The translations under genes were made by a program, and so were the position numbers. A model generated the notes under the pieces. The model searched no databases. It worked only from the letters and a program-made list of their open reading frames with translations, and had not been told where the DNA came from. DNA of 64,000 nt from Spirochaetia bacterium (GTDB taxonomy: Bacteria; Spirochaetota; Spirochaetia; DSM-16054; Sediminispirochaetaceae). Shown here in pieces: positions 15,970 through 27,462 of the stretch. Location of the stretch: assembly GCA_034520965.1 (NCBI GenBank), contig JAXHMY010000002.1, positions 512,001-576,000 of the forward strand, in the 5' to 3' direction. How positions within the stretch are numbered: position 1 is the stretch's first letter; every line of letters begins with the position of its first letter.

Positions 15970-17328
15970 CTACTCCTCCAGCTTATACTCCTGGATTTTT
16001 CGATGAAGCGTCTTGCGACCTATCCCCAGCACATCGGCGGTACGTGACTTGTTGCCGTTTTCCCGGTGAAGAGTTGCGCGGATCATCTCCCGCTCGGCAT
16101 CCTCCATCGAACTGCCGACCTCGATTTTTATATAATCGGTGTCGGAACCGGAGGTCACCGTCGGTGGAAGGTCATCGTAACTGATGATATTGCCCTTTGA
16201 CATTACCACCGCGCTTTCAATACAGTTGCGCAGTTCGCGAATATTTCCCGGCCAGTGGTAATTATACAGGGCCAGCCGTGCCCGCGGATCAATACCCTCA
16301 ATATTCTTTTGGTTCTCTTCGCTGAACTCCTGCAGAAAGGCGGAAATGAGCAGGGGAATATCTTCTTTACGATCTCTGAGCGGGGGTACGTGAATATTGA
16401 CGACATTCAAGCGGTAAAACAGGTCCTCCCGAAAGCGACCCTCCTCGATTTCACTTTTCAAGTCGCGGTTGGTTGCTGAGACCACCCGGACATCAACTTC
16501 TTGAGTATGTTCGCCGCCGACCCGTTCAAACTTTTTATCTTGCAGAACCCGCAGGATTTTTATCTGCACCTGCTGATTGATCTCTCCAATTTCATCAAGG
16601 AATATTGTACCGGTGTGGGCTAATTCGAAACGGCCGCGCTTCATTGAAACGGCACCGGTAAAGGCCCCCTTTTCATGGCCGAAGAGTTCGCTTTCAAGCA
16701 GACTCTCCGCCAAAGCAGCACAATGGACCTTGATATAGGGGTTATCCCTGCGATTCGAAAGGGTATGCACCGCATCGGCTACCAGCTCTTTCCCTACCCC
16801 GCTCTCCCCGGTAATCAGCACACTGGCCTTGGTAGCGGCTACCTGTTCGACCATCTGCATAATCTTCTGCATCTGAGTGCTTTTGCCGATTATTGCTCCG
16901 GCGGTACGACGGCTCTTCAGCCGTTCAACCTCTTCTTTTAGGTTACGGTGCTGCAGAACCAGTTCCCGGTTAGACAGAGCCCGCTTGGCCAGCAGCGACA
17001 GGCGATCGAGATTGACCGGTTTTGTGACAAAGTCAAAGGCCCCGTTGCGCATCGCCTCAACAGCCGATTCAATAGTTCCATGGCCGGTGAGGATAATCAC
17101 TGGAATAGTAGGGTATGCCGAGCTAATCCGTTTCAGCAGCTCTTCTCCGGACATCTCCGGCATCTTAAGATCGGCAATAACCAGATCGACATGCTCCTCG
17201 TTTACCAGAGACCAGCCCTGCTTTCCATCTTCCGCCAGCAGCACCTCATAGCCGTCCATTTCAAGGGAACGGCCAAGACCCTCGCGGATATTTTTCTCGT
17301 CATCTACAATTAGAATAGAAAACTTCAT
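15970..17328 (-). CDS. Sigma54-dependent response regulator, NtrC family (Rrp2-like)
   Basis: Receiver ILIVDDE..DLKMP; AAA+ [36 protein letters not shown]; Fis-type HTH. Confidence 0.96.
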   Translation of the reverse strand: MKFSILIVDDEKNIREGLGRSLEMDGYEVLLAEDGKQGWSLVNEEHVDLVIADLKMPEMSGEELLKRISSAYPTIPVIILTGHGTIESAVEAMRNGAFDFVTKPVNLDRLSLLAKRALSNRELVLQHRNLKEEVERLKSRRTAGAIIGKSTQMQKIMQMVEQVAATKASVLITGESGVGKELVADAVHTLSNRRDNPYIKVHCAALAESLLESELFGHEKGAFTGAVSMKRGRFELAHTGTIFLDEIGEINQQVQIKILRVLQDKKFERVGGEHTQEVDVRVVSATNRDLKSEIEEGRFREDLFYRLNVVNIHVPPLRDRKEDIPLLISAFLQEFSEENQKNIEGIDPRARLALYNYHWPGNIRELRNCIESAVVMSKGNIISYDDLPPTVTSGSDTDYIKIEVGSSMEDAEREMIRATLHRENGNKSRTADVLGIGRKTLHRKIQEYKLEE

Positions 17329-18494
17329 TCCTCTTCACCTTTCCAATCAAGCAGTCGTTTCTCGCTGTCGGGTATCGGCAAGCTAATAGTAAAGGTAGTG
17401 CCTTGATTTTCCCGGGAGTGCACAGATACCTCTCCGTTATGTTCCCGAACTACCTTATACACCACCGTTAATCCTAAACCGGAACCGAACTCTTTAGTAG
17501 TGTAATAGGGCTCAAAGATTTTGGACAGCTGCTCTTCGGACATACCAATTCCGCTGTCGCTGATATCGATATGCACGTAACCTTGGTCCTCCCGGGTTAC
17601 GATTTTGAGGGTTCCCCCCTGGTTCATAGCAGCTACACCATTTTTTATTATATTTATCAAAGCCTGCTTCATGTACTTCTCGTCCAAATCAACCTTCGGC
17701 AAGTTCCGCTGCAGTTTGGTATCCAGCTTCACCTGGTTCTCTTCCAATTCGTACTTGATAAACTCAATTAGCTCTTCCACCACCCCGTTGACGGTGCTGC
17801 GCTTCATACTGGTATCCATCGGCCGTACCGCAAACAGAAAATCCACCACAATTCCATTCAGCCGCTCTATCTCTTCGGTAATTATTTCAAGGTATCGCCC
17901 GGCAGTCTCCTCATCCAGACACTGGTTCTGTTTAAGGGCTTTTTGAATCAGCTGTATGTGGATTCCAATTGAACCGAGGGGATTTTTTATTTCATGGGCT
18001 ACCCCCGCAGCCAGGGTTGTCAGTGAAGCCAGGCTCTCGGCCCGGCGCAGACGGGCCTCCCGTTTACGCCTATCGGTAATGTCGGAGACCAAAATGAGGT
18101 TTCCGTGGGGCTCATCATCCCGGTTAACCGGCACTACCGAAAAGGAGAGGGTTCGGTCCGGTCCACTTCCATCCAGGGTAAACTCCTCGTCTTCTTTTAG
18201 AGAATCCCCTTTTACGCTCTCCCTCAGAAACGAGGCGATTTCGTCATCCGCCACCGCTTCCCACAGCAGATGCTCCTCCGGTTCACTCCGCAGCATTGGC
18301 AGCAGCGAGTGAACACCCTGGTTAGTGAAAATGATTTTATGCTCCAGGTCGGTCACTAGCACTCCGTCGGTCATTGAGTTGAGCACCATTTCAAGGGTCT
18401 CGTTTTCAGAGGCTAAATCGCACAGCAGCGCGCGTATTTGTTCTTGATCCAGTTTAGAAAGCTTGTTGAGGGCTCGCTGGATAAATTTTCTCAT
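17325..18494 (-). CDS. PAS-domain sensor histidine kinase (Hk2-like, cytoplasmic)
   Basis: PAS-like LNSMTDGVLVTD, H-box VAHEIKNPL, N box INIIKNG, DSGIG, YTTK..GSGLGL. Confidence 0.94.
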   Translation of the reverse strand: MRKFIQRALNKLSKLDQEQIRALLCDLASENETLEMVLNSMTDGVLVTDLEHKIIFTNQGVHSLLPMLRSEPEEHLLWEAVADDEIASFLRESVKGDSLKEDEEFTLDGSGPDRTLSFSVVPVNRDDEPHGNLILVSDITDRRKREARLRRAESLASLTTLAAGVAHEIKNPLGSIGIHIQLIQKALKQNQCLDEETAGRYLEIITEEIERLNGIVVDFLFAVRPMDTSMKRSTVNGVVEELIEFIKYELEENQVKLDTKLQRNLPKVDLDEKYMKQALINIIKNGVAAMNQGGTLKIVTREDQGYVHIDISDSGIGMSEEQLSKIFEPYYTTKEFGSGLGLTVVYKVVREHNGEVSVHSRENQGTTFTISLPIPDSEKRLLDWKGEEE

Positions 18495-19684
18495 ACCATC
18501 TCCTTCATTGAGTACAGCAGCCCCTCCAGCAGAAGATCAGGGGCCTGGTTGTAATGCTCAAAATTAATGAGGGCAGCCTTAATTTTTCGATTCCAGCTTT
18601 CCAACACTCCATAAGAGACCGGTAGGCTGTTCTGTGAATCCGTCATATATTCTCCCAGGGTCTCACTGAGCTCTTTTAAAAACGGAATAAAATACAGCTT
18701 GAGCTGTGAATCCTGAAGAAACTCATCCAGCTTCTCCGGTTCCCACTCGGCATTCCCCCAGACATAACTAAAAAAATGCTCCGACTGGGCACGCAGCTTT
18801 TCCAGGGGTACCCCGCGCCAGGCGAGAAAGAAGGATCGCAGATCGGGATACTCAGGTGAAGAGATGCGGAAAATCTTCTGCAGCACCTGGGCGGCTAAGT
18901 CCGAAGAACGCTGCGGAAAGTAGTAGTGCCTAACCCTTGAAAGAATTGTAGGCAAAATACGCCCTTTACGAGCTGAGAGCAGTATAAAATAGGTATCCCC
19001 GGGGGGCTCCTCCAGGGTCTTCAGCAGAGCATTTCGGGAGGCATCGCCCATCTTATCGGCATTTTCCAGAATCACAACCTTGGACTGGTCGGAGCTGCTG
19101 GTATGCACCCATAGGTTTACCGCCCGAATTTGATCAATTGGAATGGTATCCCGGGGAACTACCTTTTCAAGCTCCATACAGAGTGAACTTATTTTCTTCA
19201 GAGACTTCTCAAGTTTCCTCTCCTCCGGCAGTTCTACCTCGGGATAGAAGTTCTCCAGTTCCTCTTCAAGTTTTGTTATGGAGTCTTGAATCTTCTTCAG
19301 CTTCGATTCGTTTCCCTCCCACAACATCGGGTCAAAACGTCGGGTCAGTTTTCTAACTGCCCGGATAAACAGAAACCGTGCACCTTCGCTGCGATTATGC
19401 TGTAGCGTGTCGGCGGCAGCAGCTATCTCTTCATTGAAATAGCGTGTGCCGAGCATCAAGAGGTAAGGATGATCGAGGACACGGTGTTGCCGGCAGGAGC
19501 TGCAGCTGCAGCTCCACTTTCCATTCTGTTTACAGGTAAGCACCCGTGCCAGTTCTAAAGCAGTTGAAAGTTTCCCGCTGTAGGGATCACCGTAGAACAG
19601 CAATCCCCCCGGAAGCATTCTATGTTCAACCTCTTGTGTAAGCTGAGAAACTATTCGCTGATGACCAATAATATTTTCAAACAC
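18491..19684 (-). CDS. holB: DNA polymerase III delta-prime-like subunit
   Basis: FENIIGH, LLFYGD...GK, Cys cluster, IDQIR, NALLKTLEEPP, ILPTILSR. Confidence 0.8.
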   Translation of the reverse strand: MFENIIGHQRIVSQLTQEVEHRMLPGGLLFYGDPYSGKLSTALELARVLTCKQNGKWSCSCSSCRQHRVLDHPYLLMLGTRYFNEEIAAAADTLQHNRSEGARFLFIRAVRKLTRRFDPMLWEGNESKLKKIQDSITKLEEELENFYPEVELPEERKLEKSLKKISSLCMELEKVVPRDTIPIDQIRAVNLWVHTSSSDQSKVVILENADKMGDASRNALLKTLEEPPGDTYFILLSARKGRILPTILSRVRHYYFPQRSSDLAAQVLQKIFRISSPEYPDLRSFFLAWRGVPLEKLRAQSEHFFSYVWGNAEWEPEKLDEFLQDSQLKLYFIPFLKELSETLGEYMTDSQNSLPVSYGVLESWNRKIKAALINFEHYNQAPDLLLEGLLYSMKEMV

Positions 19685-20171
19685 TGTAATTCTGCAACCT
19701 TTCTTCTAAAAATCGAGCCCCTACCGGTATGATCTGCTGAAGAAACCGTGCCAGAAAACTCTCCTCCAGAAAGGGGCGTACTTCAACAACCGTTTGCAGC
19801 TGCAATACAAATACCAGCAGCGCCAGCACAAGAAACCCCTCAATCAGCCCCAGAAAAAAGCCCAAGGCCTGGTCGAGTTTCTCAAGTTCCACTCGCTCAA
19901 TCACGCGATGGAAGGTCGACTCTATTATTTTGATGAATGCGTAACCGACTAAAAAAATCAGCAGAAAAGAGATAATCGGAGTCCACAGATTATTACCGAT
20001 ATAAGGAGCTAACACGGGAGAGAGGGTTGCCGTAAAAACCACTGCCGCCGCCACACCGGTAATTAGTGCCAAGGCAGAGAGAAACTCCGCTACAAAACCG
20101 CGAAAAGTACAGCGTATCCCCGCGGCCAGTAGAATCAGGATACCAATTACATCGAATACGGCTAAACTCAT
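19677..20171 (-). CDS. cvpA: CvpA family membrane protein
   Basis: D..GILI, RGFVAEFLS, LDQALGFFLGLIEG; four hydrophobic segments. Confidence 0.85.
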   Translation of the reverse strand: MSLAVFDVIGILILLAAGIRCTFRGFVAEFLSALALITGVAAAVVFTATLSPVLAPYIGNNLWTPIISFLLIFLVGYAFIKIIESTFHRVIERVELEKLDQALGFFLGLIEGFLVLALLVFVLQLQTVVEVRPFLEESFLARFLQQIIPVGARFLEERLQNYSV

Positions 20172-21304
20172 TGTGAGCCTCTCTCTGAGAGTGCATGGGA
20201 ATAAATTAACTCAGCCATCCGGCGGGCCGCATCTGCCGGGCAAAGTTCAGCGGCCGCCTGCCCCATTGCCCTGCGTTCACCTTCATTCTGCAGCAGACGA
20301 TGTATATGCTCAAGCAGGGCCTCCGAACTAAGGGAATCGCCCTCCAGCATCACCGCCGCTCCCCGCTCTGCAAACAGCCTGGCATTTCGGACCTGGTCTC
20401 CCCTTGAACTCTCCCCGCCCAGGGGAATAAGGATCGATGCTTTCCCCAAGGTCCCCAACTCCCAGAGAGTGCCGGCTCCGGCCCTGGAGATAATCACATC
20501 GGCTGCAGCCAAAATATGCGAAAACTCCCCATGAAACAGCGCCGCGGTAATATAACGCGGATCTGAAGAGGGTTCATAATCGAGCTCTCCCATCTGATGC
20601 ACTACCAGCGCCTGCTCTAAAAGTTGAGGCAGAATCGCTTTCAGCATACGGTTTACCTGGCGCGCCCCCTGGCTGCCGCCCAACACCAACACAAGAGGCT
20701 CGGCTTCAGGCAGCCCAAGCAGTTCCCTACCCCGGGCCGCATCCCCGGAAAACAGCTCTTCCCGCACCGGATTACCGGTTACTACTACCCGGCGTTGCTT
20801 CGTACTGTGACCCTCCCCGGAGGCTTTGGAAAAGTGTTCAACCCGGGTGGCCTCATAGGGAAGTAGAATTAAATCGGCAAAGCGGGCTGCAATCCGGGTT
20901 GCTAAACCGGGGTCGCGGTCCGATTCATGGGTAAGAATAGGAATGCCCAGGATACGCGCAGCTATCACCGGGGCTACCGCCACGTAGCCTCCCTTCGGAG
21001 AACAGAACTCCCGGCCTTTAGCTTTTTCAGTAGGCGGATAGAGACAATGACTCCGGCGGCAAGCTTAAAAATATCCAGAAAAATTCTGCAAAGAAAAATA
21101 GCGCCTCAGTTTTCCGGAGGGCACCGCATAGTAAGGAACATCGAAACGACGAGTGATGTCCCTCTCTATCTGTTTGCCTGAACCAATCCATACAAGCTCC
21201 AGTTCAGTTGAACCGCCGATTTTTTTCAGCTGATCGATTACTGCTATTCCGGGAAACACATGCCCGCCGGTTCCCCCGCCGGTACATGCTATTGTTACTG
21301 CCAC
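20168..21304 (-). CDS. murG: Undecaprenyl-PP-MurNAc-pentapeptide GlcNAc transferase (frame broken by about three single-base insertions near 20997-21085)
   Basis: N-term TGGGTGGHVFPG and SGKLRRY; C-term HESD..PGLA, TGNPVR, GGSQGA, SRAGAGT, DQVRNA. Removing three extra bases restores FSKGGYV. Confidence 0.92.
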
Positions 21305-21408
21305 AGTCGCTTACCCTCTATTGTTTTGACATCAGCATACCACATGCAATGGGGCTGTTCAATCTTAGCTTTGAAAAGCTGCCCCCATTGCTGTTATTCC
21401 CCCTATCC

Positions 21409-21437
21409 TTGACACAGGCAGCTTTGCTTAGTATTTT
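21409..21437 (+). promoter_or_regulatory. Putative sigma70 promoter of the riboswitch/thiBPQ transcript
   Basis: TTGACA-17 bp-TATTTT immediately before the aptamer. Confidence 0.5.
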
Positions 21438-21443
21438 ATAGGT

Positions 21444-21535
21444 GCTGTTGTGGGGTGGTTCGTAAAAAGTGCGAGCCTGAGAACATACCCGTCGAACCTG
21501 AATCTGGATAATACCAGCGCAGGGATCAGGACAGA
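21444..21535 (+). promoter_or_regulatory. TPP riboswitch
   Basis: GGGGTG...CTGAGA..ATACCC..GAACCTGAATCTGGATAATACCAGCGCAGGGA upstream of a thiamine ABC transporter. Confidence 0.93.
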
Positions 21536-21605
21536 CCAGGCTGTTCCCCCTCAAACAGAAAAAACATTTTTTCGTTACTATTTTTCTCGTTAGAAGGAGC
21601 ATGCC

Positions 21606-22661
21606 ATGAAAAAAATTCTTATCGGTGCAATAGTAATTGTTGCACTCGCAACTGCAGCGGCCATTCTCTTCACTCCTGGTACAAGTGAAGCAGAGAGCCA
21701 GGACGAAGGCCGGACAACTGAAGCGGAAGAGCTGCTTGTGTACGCCTACGATTCATTTGCCTCAGACTGGGGGCCGGGCCCCGAAATAAGCGACCGCTTC
21801 GAACAAAAACATGGAATCCCGGTGCGCCTGCAATCGGTTGGTGATGCCGGACAGGTGTTGCAGAAGGCCATCCTGGAGAAGGATGACCCACAGGCGGATA
21901 TTTTAATCGGGATTGACAACAACCTCATCACCCGGGCCAAAAGCGAGGATGTGCTGGAAGCCTACACCTCGCCCAATCTGGAAAAGGTACCTCAAGACCT
22001 GGTATTTGATCCACAGCATTACGTAACCCCCTATGATTACGGCTATTTTTCCATCATCTACGATACGGAGAAAATTGATAATCCTCCCACGAGTCTGGAA
22101 GACCTCACGGACCCACGTTTTGAGGATAAACTCATTTTGATGGATCCCCGAACCTCCAGTCCCGGACTGGGTTTCCTGATGTGGACCATTTATGCCTATG
22201 GCGATGAGTTTACCGAGTATTGGGAGCAACTTCAGAGTTCAATCCTTACCATTTCCGAGGGCTGGGATTCCGGATACGGCCTGTTTACCAGCGGCGAAGC
22301 TCCGCTCGTGCTAAGTTATACCTCCAGCCCCGCTTACCATGTTGAGTATGAAGACTCTCAGCGTTATCAGGCCGCACTGTTCGAAGAGGGACATTACATG
22401 CAGATTGAAGGTGTGGGCGTGGTAAAAGGCGCTCCCCATCCTGAAGCTGCTAAAAAGTTCATCGATTTCGTGCTTACCCAAGAATTCCAAGAAGTAATTC
22501 CACTTACCAACTGGATGTACCCGGTACTGCCGGAGATTGAGCTGCCCGAATCGTACGATTTTGCCCCGCAACCGGTAAATCGGTTCTATTTTGAAGCCGA
22601 GCAGATCGATGCCAACCGTGACCAGTGGATCGATAGCTGGTCACGGGCAGTAACCCGCTGA
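21606..22661 (+). CDS. thiB: Thiamine ABC transporter substrate-binding protein
   Basis: VYAYDSF.SDWGPGP, ADILIGIDNN, PYDYGYF, DPRTSSPGLGFL, VLSYTSSPAYH, YMQIEG, NWMYPV. Confidence 0.93.
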   Translation: MKKILIGAIVIVALATAAAILFTPGTSEAESQDEGRTTEAEELLVYAYDSFASDWGPGPEISDRFEQKHGIPVRLQSVGDAGQVLQKAILEKDDPQADILIGIDNNLITRAKSEDVLEAYTSPNLEKVPQDLVFDPQHYVTPYDYGYFSIIYDTEKIDNPPTSLEDLTDPRFEDKLILMDPRTSSPGLGFLMWTIYAYGDEFTEYWEQLQSSILTISEGWDSGYGLFTSGEAPLVLSYTSSPAYHVEYEDSQRYQAALFEEGHYMQIEGVGVVKGAPHPEAAKKFIDFVLTQEFQEVIPLTNWMYPVLPEIELPESYDFAPQPVNRFYFEAEQIDANRDQWIDSWSRAVTR

Positions 22662-24347
22662 TGCACCTGCCGTCAGCCCGTTCGTGGGAAAGGCCGCATC
22701 CGGCCTTTCTCACTCTGCTTCTGTTTTTAGCCTTATTCTTCTATCTGCCGATTGGAAGTGTCCTGTTAAAAGGGTTTTTCCCTAAGGGCAGTTTCGACCC
22801 CTCGGTATTTATAGATACAGTCACTTCCCCCTACACCCTGCGTATTCTATGGTTTACCTTCTTCCAGGCAATTCTGAGTACCATATTTTCACTTATGCTG
22901 GGATTACCCGGTGCATATTTACTGTCTATGTATACCTTTCCCGGCCGCAGATTGGTGAGGGCCGCCTCGGGTGTCCCCTTTGTGCTTCCTCCGATTTTAG
23001 TGGTACTGGGATTTGTGATTTTCTTCGGGAACAGCGGGCTGCTCAATTCTGTACTGATGCGGGTATTTGACCTTTCCGAGCCCCCCCTCCGGGTGCTCTA
23101 CAGCTTAAAGGCGATTATTCTTGCCCACGGATTTTATAACTTTCCAATTGCATTGCGGCTAATTGCATCCCTCTGGCAGCAGCTTCCACCCTCCCAGGAG
23201 TGGGCCGCCCAAACCTTGGGAGCCCCCCGACGCCGTTTGTTTTTCACTATTATTTTGCCGCAGCTGATGCCGGCCATCCTCGCCGCTTCGGCACTTATTT
23301 TTATGTTCTGCTTTACCAGTTTTGCTATTATACTTGTACTTGGCGGGGGACCGCAATTCACCACTGTTGAGGTAGAAATCTACCGACTGGCTAAAACCTC
23401 ATTCGACATACCCGCCGCCGGTGCCCTATCGATTATAGCCCTGGTGCTTACCCTCGGTATTATGGGGATATATGTGAAGCTGCAGAATAAAATGGCCTTT
23501 CACCAGGAACTCGCCTCCGGTCCGGTGCGGCCCCGCAGTTATAATCGCCCATCCAAAACCGGTTTTATTGGTATTGCAGCCTATATTGCCGCGATGCTGC
23601 TGATAGTCGCCGGACCGCTGATAGCAGTAGTGGTCCGGTCATTGCAAAAACCGGTAACCCGGGCCGGTGAACTGCGCTTTACCCTGGAATGGTATCAGCA
23701 GCTGTTTAGCTCCGGGGCAGGTCAGTTTGGCCGGATTGCCCTGCCGGCTATCCGTAACAGTGTCCTCATCGGAATTATAGCTGCAGCGGCGGCAGTTGTA
23801 GTGGGGACAGCTTTGAGCTATCTAACTGTTCGGTACCGGCTCAAGCTCGGCAGGTTAATCGATACGCTTTCGATGGCCCCATTGGCTATTTCTTCCGTCA
23901 TTTTAGGACTCGGCTATTTTCTCATTTCCCGAAGCATCCCCGATTTAGGACGTGCCAGAATCTTCATGATTGTTGCCGCCCATGCCGTAATTGCCTATCC
24001 CTTTGTAGCCCGAACCGTAAGCTCAGTACTAAAGAAAATCCCCCCCAGCCAGTTGCAGGCTGCAATGCTGTTGGGTGCCTCGCCGGGAAAGGTGTTTCGC
24101 ACAATTGAGCTTCCCATAATGCTGCCGGCCCTTGCAGCGGCGGCAGCATTTGCCTTTGCAATATCATTACGGAGAGATAAACGCTACCTTGGTGTTTTCA
24201 TCCTCAACAGTGACAATACCATTAGCTATTTATCGCATGATCGGCTCGTATAATTTTTTTGGCGCCTGTGCTTTAGGCACTATTCTCGTGGCGGTATGCG
24301 CCCTTGCATTTACCCTGTTCGATGTCTCGGGTAATACGGAAATTTAA
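22661..24347 (+). CDS. thiP: Thiamine ABC transporter permease (apparent extra base near 24170)
   Basis: FTFFQAILST, PFVLPP, ILAHGFYNFP, two EAA-like loops; C-terminus GEINAT..TIPLAIYRMIGSY continues in another frame. Confidence 0.88.
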
Positions 24348-24376
24348 AAAAAGAGAATTATTAAGGAGTAGCTTTG

Positions 24377-25388
24377 ATGGAACTGACAACCCGGAATCTG
24401 AAGCGCAGTTTTGCCGATTTTACCTTTGATGCCGATATTCATGCGGCAGAGGGCGAGCTGGTGTGCCTGTTCAGGCCCCTCCGGCTGCGGTAAAACCACC
24501 GGACTACAGCTAATTGCCGGCATTATGGCACCTGACCATGGCAGCATATATTTAGGACAGCGGGAGATCACCACTCTTCCACCATGGAAGCGAAACATCG
24601 GACTGGTGTTTCAAGACTACGCCCTTTTTCCACATATGACCGTGTATGAGAATATTGCCTATGGGCTAAGACAGCAGGGTGCCTCCAAGCACTCCATCAC
24701 TTCGCGGGTTGAAGAGCTGTTGGATCTGGTGGAATTACCCGGTTATGCCCAACGCCGCCCAGAACAGCTTTCAGGCGGGGAGAAACAGCGGGTTGCCCTG
24801 GCGCGGGCAGTGGCGCCGTCTCCGGCCCTGCTGCTGCTGGATGAACCCTTATCGGCCCTTGATGCGCGGCTGCGCACCCAGCTGCGCCGTGAGATCAGAA
24901 ATATTCAAAAAAGAATCGGTTTGACCACCATTTATGTAACCCACGATCAGGAAGAGGCCCTCAGTCTAAGCGACCGGATTATTGTAATGCAGAACGGTAC
25001 TATCCAGCAAAGCGGAACTCCACAGGAGCTGTACAACAGCCCGCTAAATGAGTTTGTTGCCCGCTTTATCGGAAACTCCAATTTGGTACCCTGCGACGAA
25101 CAAGGGGGTAGCGGCCGGGAGTACTACTTTTTCCGCCCCGAGGACACCGGTATACGTAATTGTTCGACAGAGAGTTCCGATACACTCTCTTTTCCGCTTA
25201 GCCTTAATTCCCTGGAATACGTAGGCCCTTATTACATACTAGAAGGGGTAAAACGGGAGTACAGTGTACGCGCCCATGCCAATGAGGAGGACCTCAATGC
25301 ACTGAATATATCGGACTTCTCTCCTGAGAACCCGCCGCAGCTGTGGTTCTGCATTGAGCGGAGTAAGACAAAGGTAATCCCGAAATGA
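24377..25388 (+). CDS. thiQ: Thiamine ABC transporter ATP-binding protein (frameshift near 24470)
   Basis: ATG 24377 with SD AAGGAG (MELTTRNLKRSFADF); GPSGCGKTT, LSGGEKQRVALARA, LLLDEP, VTHDQEEA. Confidence 0.85.
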
Positions 25389-25391
25389 AGC

Positions 25392-27002
25392 TTAAAGGTA
25401 ATTTATTAACACCACTTGTACCGCGCCTATAAAAAATCCGAGCAGCGCTCCAAACAGTATTATCCATCGCAGATGTGTTTTTATTACAATTAAAATAAGC
25501 CCTTCTACTTTCTCTATATCCAGGCTGTTTACCTTATCGACAACCAAAGTCTGGACGTCCACGCTCTCTAAAATAGAGGGAGCCTGTTCATCGAGGAGCT
25601 GCAGGATAAAACTCTCTAAAGCTGTATCGATGCGCTGTTTGTGCACCTCCTCAAGCTGGAGAATTTCACTAAAACTCTTGCGTCCTGTATTAGAGAGAGT
25701 GTTAAACATGGTCCGAAAAAAGTCCATGGTTGAGGCATCTTTTCTTTCCACCTCACGTACGAGCTTGGCAATCCAATCTGCAATGCGGCCGCTAAGGTCT
25801 GAAGTGGAATGGCCGGTAAACTCCTCCAGTACCGCCCCAATTTCTTGCTCGCCGTACTTCTGTACCAGCCGCTGCACCAGCCCCTGCATCCATTGAACCG
25901 TAGTTGGAGAAGAGCTTATTTTAAACAGAGCATCTACGGCAAGACGTATATCATTCGGCAGACTCTCGCCCCACACGCCTGCAATATCCGCCAGGGTATG
26001 AGTGCGCATGCGCTGCAGCCAACTCTCCAGGGCATCCAAGAGTTTCCCGCGAGTCTCCTCATCTGCTATTGCCGTTTCCAACTGTTCCAACAAATCATCA
26101 ACTATCTCATCCATCTGCTGCTCTATATTGCGATTGTACTGCCCGGCTGCCAAAAAGAGTCGCTGCAGACTGCTGAGACGGGAAATCATCTTTCTAAGTA
26201 TAGTTTTGCCCTTCAGCTCTATGGTCTTGTGGATGTGAGGAGTACGAAGAAAATACAGAACCTCCCGGGCAAAAGAAGGATACACACGGTTAAGGGCTTT
26301 CACAATTCCCTCAATAGCTTGAGGAGTGAGAAAACGCTCTAGTGAGGCATTCCGCCGGATTCCATCTTCCACCAGCTCTCCGGCTAACTGCCGCAGGGGC
26401 TCGCGCACACTGCTGATACGCAAGTTTTGGCTAAAAAACATGCTAATCCTCTCGCCGTCGCTTCCGCAAAGTATACGCAGCTTCAGATGAAAAAACTTAT
26501 CCAATGCCAAGGCAATCGATTTTTGAAGGGCAATAATGAAACTCTCGGAGCGAAAGAATGCGGTAAGGATCGATTGAATTAGAAGTGTATCCGCAGGCTT
26601 ATCCCGGTCCGACTCTCGGTACTCTTCTACTTCCTTTGGCCGGCCTTTTCGAAACTTTTGCTGTAATTGGATAAAGGGTGTATGCATCACGAATCCGGTA
26701 AATTCACTCACCCTTATCCTGAGAGTATCTTTAAAAGTGGGTGATGATATCTGCCGTCGAATTGCATCCTCGGTAATCAGCTCTCGGGACACCATCAGCC
26801 CTATACTTTCGGCTAATTTCTCGCGCTGACGGGGTATAATTCCGGGAGTAAAGGGAAGCTTTATAGGCCCGATATATTTGGCCCGCAAAGGCCGAAACAG
26901 CATTTTAATGGCGATATCATTGGTGATATAGCCGATCATCGCACCGACCACCGGAGGTAATATCCAGGCAGAGTAGCTCAGTATGATTTCCAGGTTGATC
27001 AT
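25392..27002 (-). CDS. DUF445 family membrane-anchored protein
   Basis: GAMIGYITNDIAIKMLFRP, TPGIIPR, C-terminal LRWIILFGALLGFFIG. Confidence 0.85.
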   Translation of the reverse strand: MINLEIILSYSAWILPPVVGAMIGYITNDIAIKMLFRPLRAKYIGPIKLPFTPGIIPRQREKLAESIGLMVSRELITEDAIRRQISSPTFKDTLRIRVSEFTGFVMHTPFIQLQQKFRKGRPKEVEEYRESDRDKPADTLLIQSILTAFFRSESFIIALQKSIALALDKFFHLKLRILCGSDGERISMFFSQNLRISSVREPLRQLAGELVEDGIRRNASLERFLTPQAIEGIVKALNRVYPSFAREVLYFLRTPHIHKTIELKGKTILRKMISRLSSLQRLFLAAGQYNRNIEQQMDEIVDDLLEQLETAIADEETRGKLLDALESWLQRMRTHTLADIAGVWGESLPNDIRLAVDALFKISSSPTTVQWMQGLVQRLVQKYGEQEIGAVLEEFTGHSTSDLSGRIADWIAKLVREVERKDASTMDFFRTMFNTLSNTGRKSFSEILQLEEVHKQRIDTALESFILQLLDEQAPSILESVDVQTLVVDKVNSLDIEKVEGLILIVIKTHLRWIILFGALLGFFIGAVQVVLINYL

Positions 27003-27020
27003 TTACAGCTCCACCAAAAA

Positions 27021-27422
27021 TTAATCTTCGGGGGCATTCTGGGAGGCTCGACGAGCCCCGTTTTCAGAGTCGAACATTTCCAAATAGGCTCCAAAGACCC
27101 AGCCCTGCAGACCGTCATAGGCAACTTTATACCAATAACCAAGCTTCCCTTCCACCTCTTGTTGTACTTCATCCCGCGATATTATCTCTATCACGTTATT
27201 CCGCCATAAGGTGGTAATAGCACTACTTTGGATTGTGGGCCTCTCACGCAGGCGAAGATGGCTTGATGCCACGACCGCCCATTTTGAGCGTACAGTCAAT
27301 ACCGGGGTGGAGGGTAGTTCAATCGTAAACTCTTTTACTGTTTCCCGGCGGCACCCTGTGGTCCCGGCAAGTACAGTTAACAATGTTATTAAGCACATAA
27401 TAAAGTAAAATATTTTTTTCAT
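27021..27422 (-). CDS. SH3-domain lipoprotein
   Basis: Lipoprotein-like signal ending TGC; LRLRERPT, WYKVAYDGLQGWVFG (bacterial SH3). Confidence 0.8.
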   Translation of the reverse strand: MKKIFYFIMCLITLLTVLAGTTGCRRETVKEFTIELPSTPVLTVRSKWAVVASSHLRLRERPTIQSSAITTLWRNNVIEIISRDEVQQEVEGKLGYWYKVAYDGLQGWVFGAYLEMFDSENGARRASQNAPED

Positions 27423-27462
27423 CTCTGTTGCAAAACACCTCAAAACAGTTCAGCATTGTCGT

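Noticed and set aside
21444..25388. TPP riboswitch-thiBPQ as a novelty
   Set aside because: A well-known arrangement; listed as features only.
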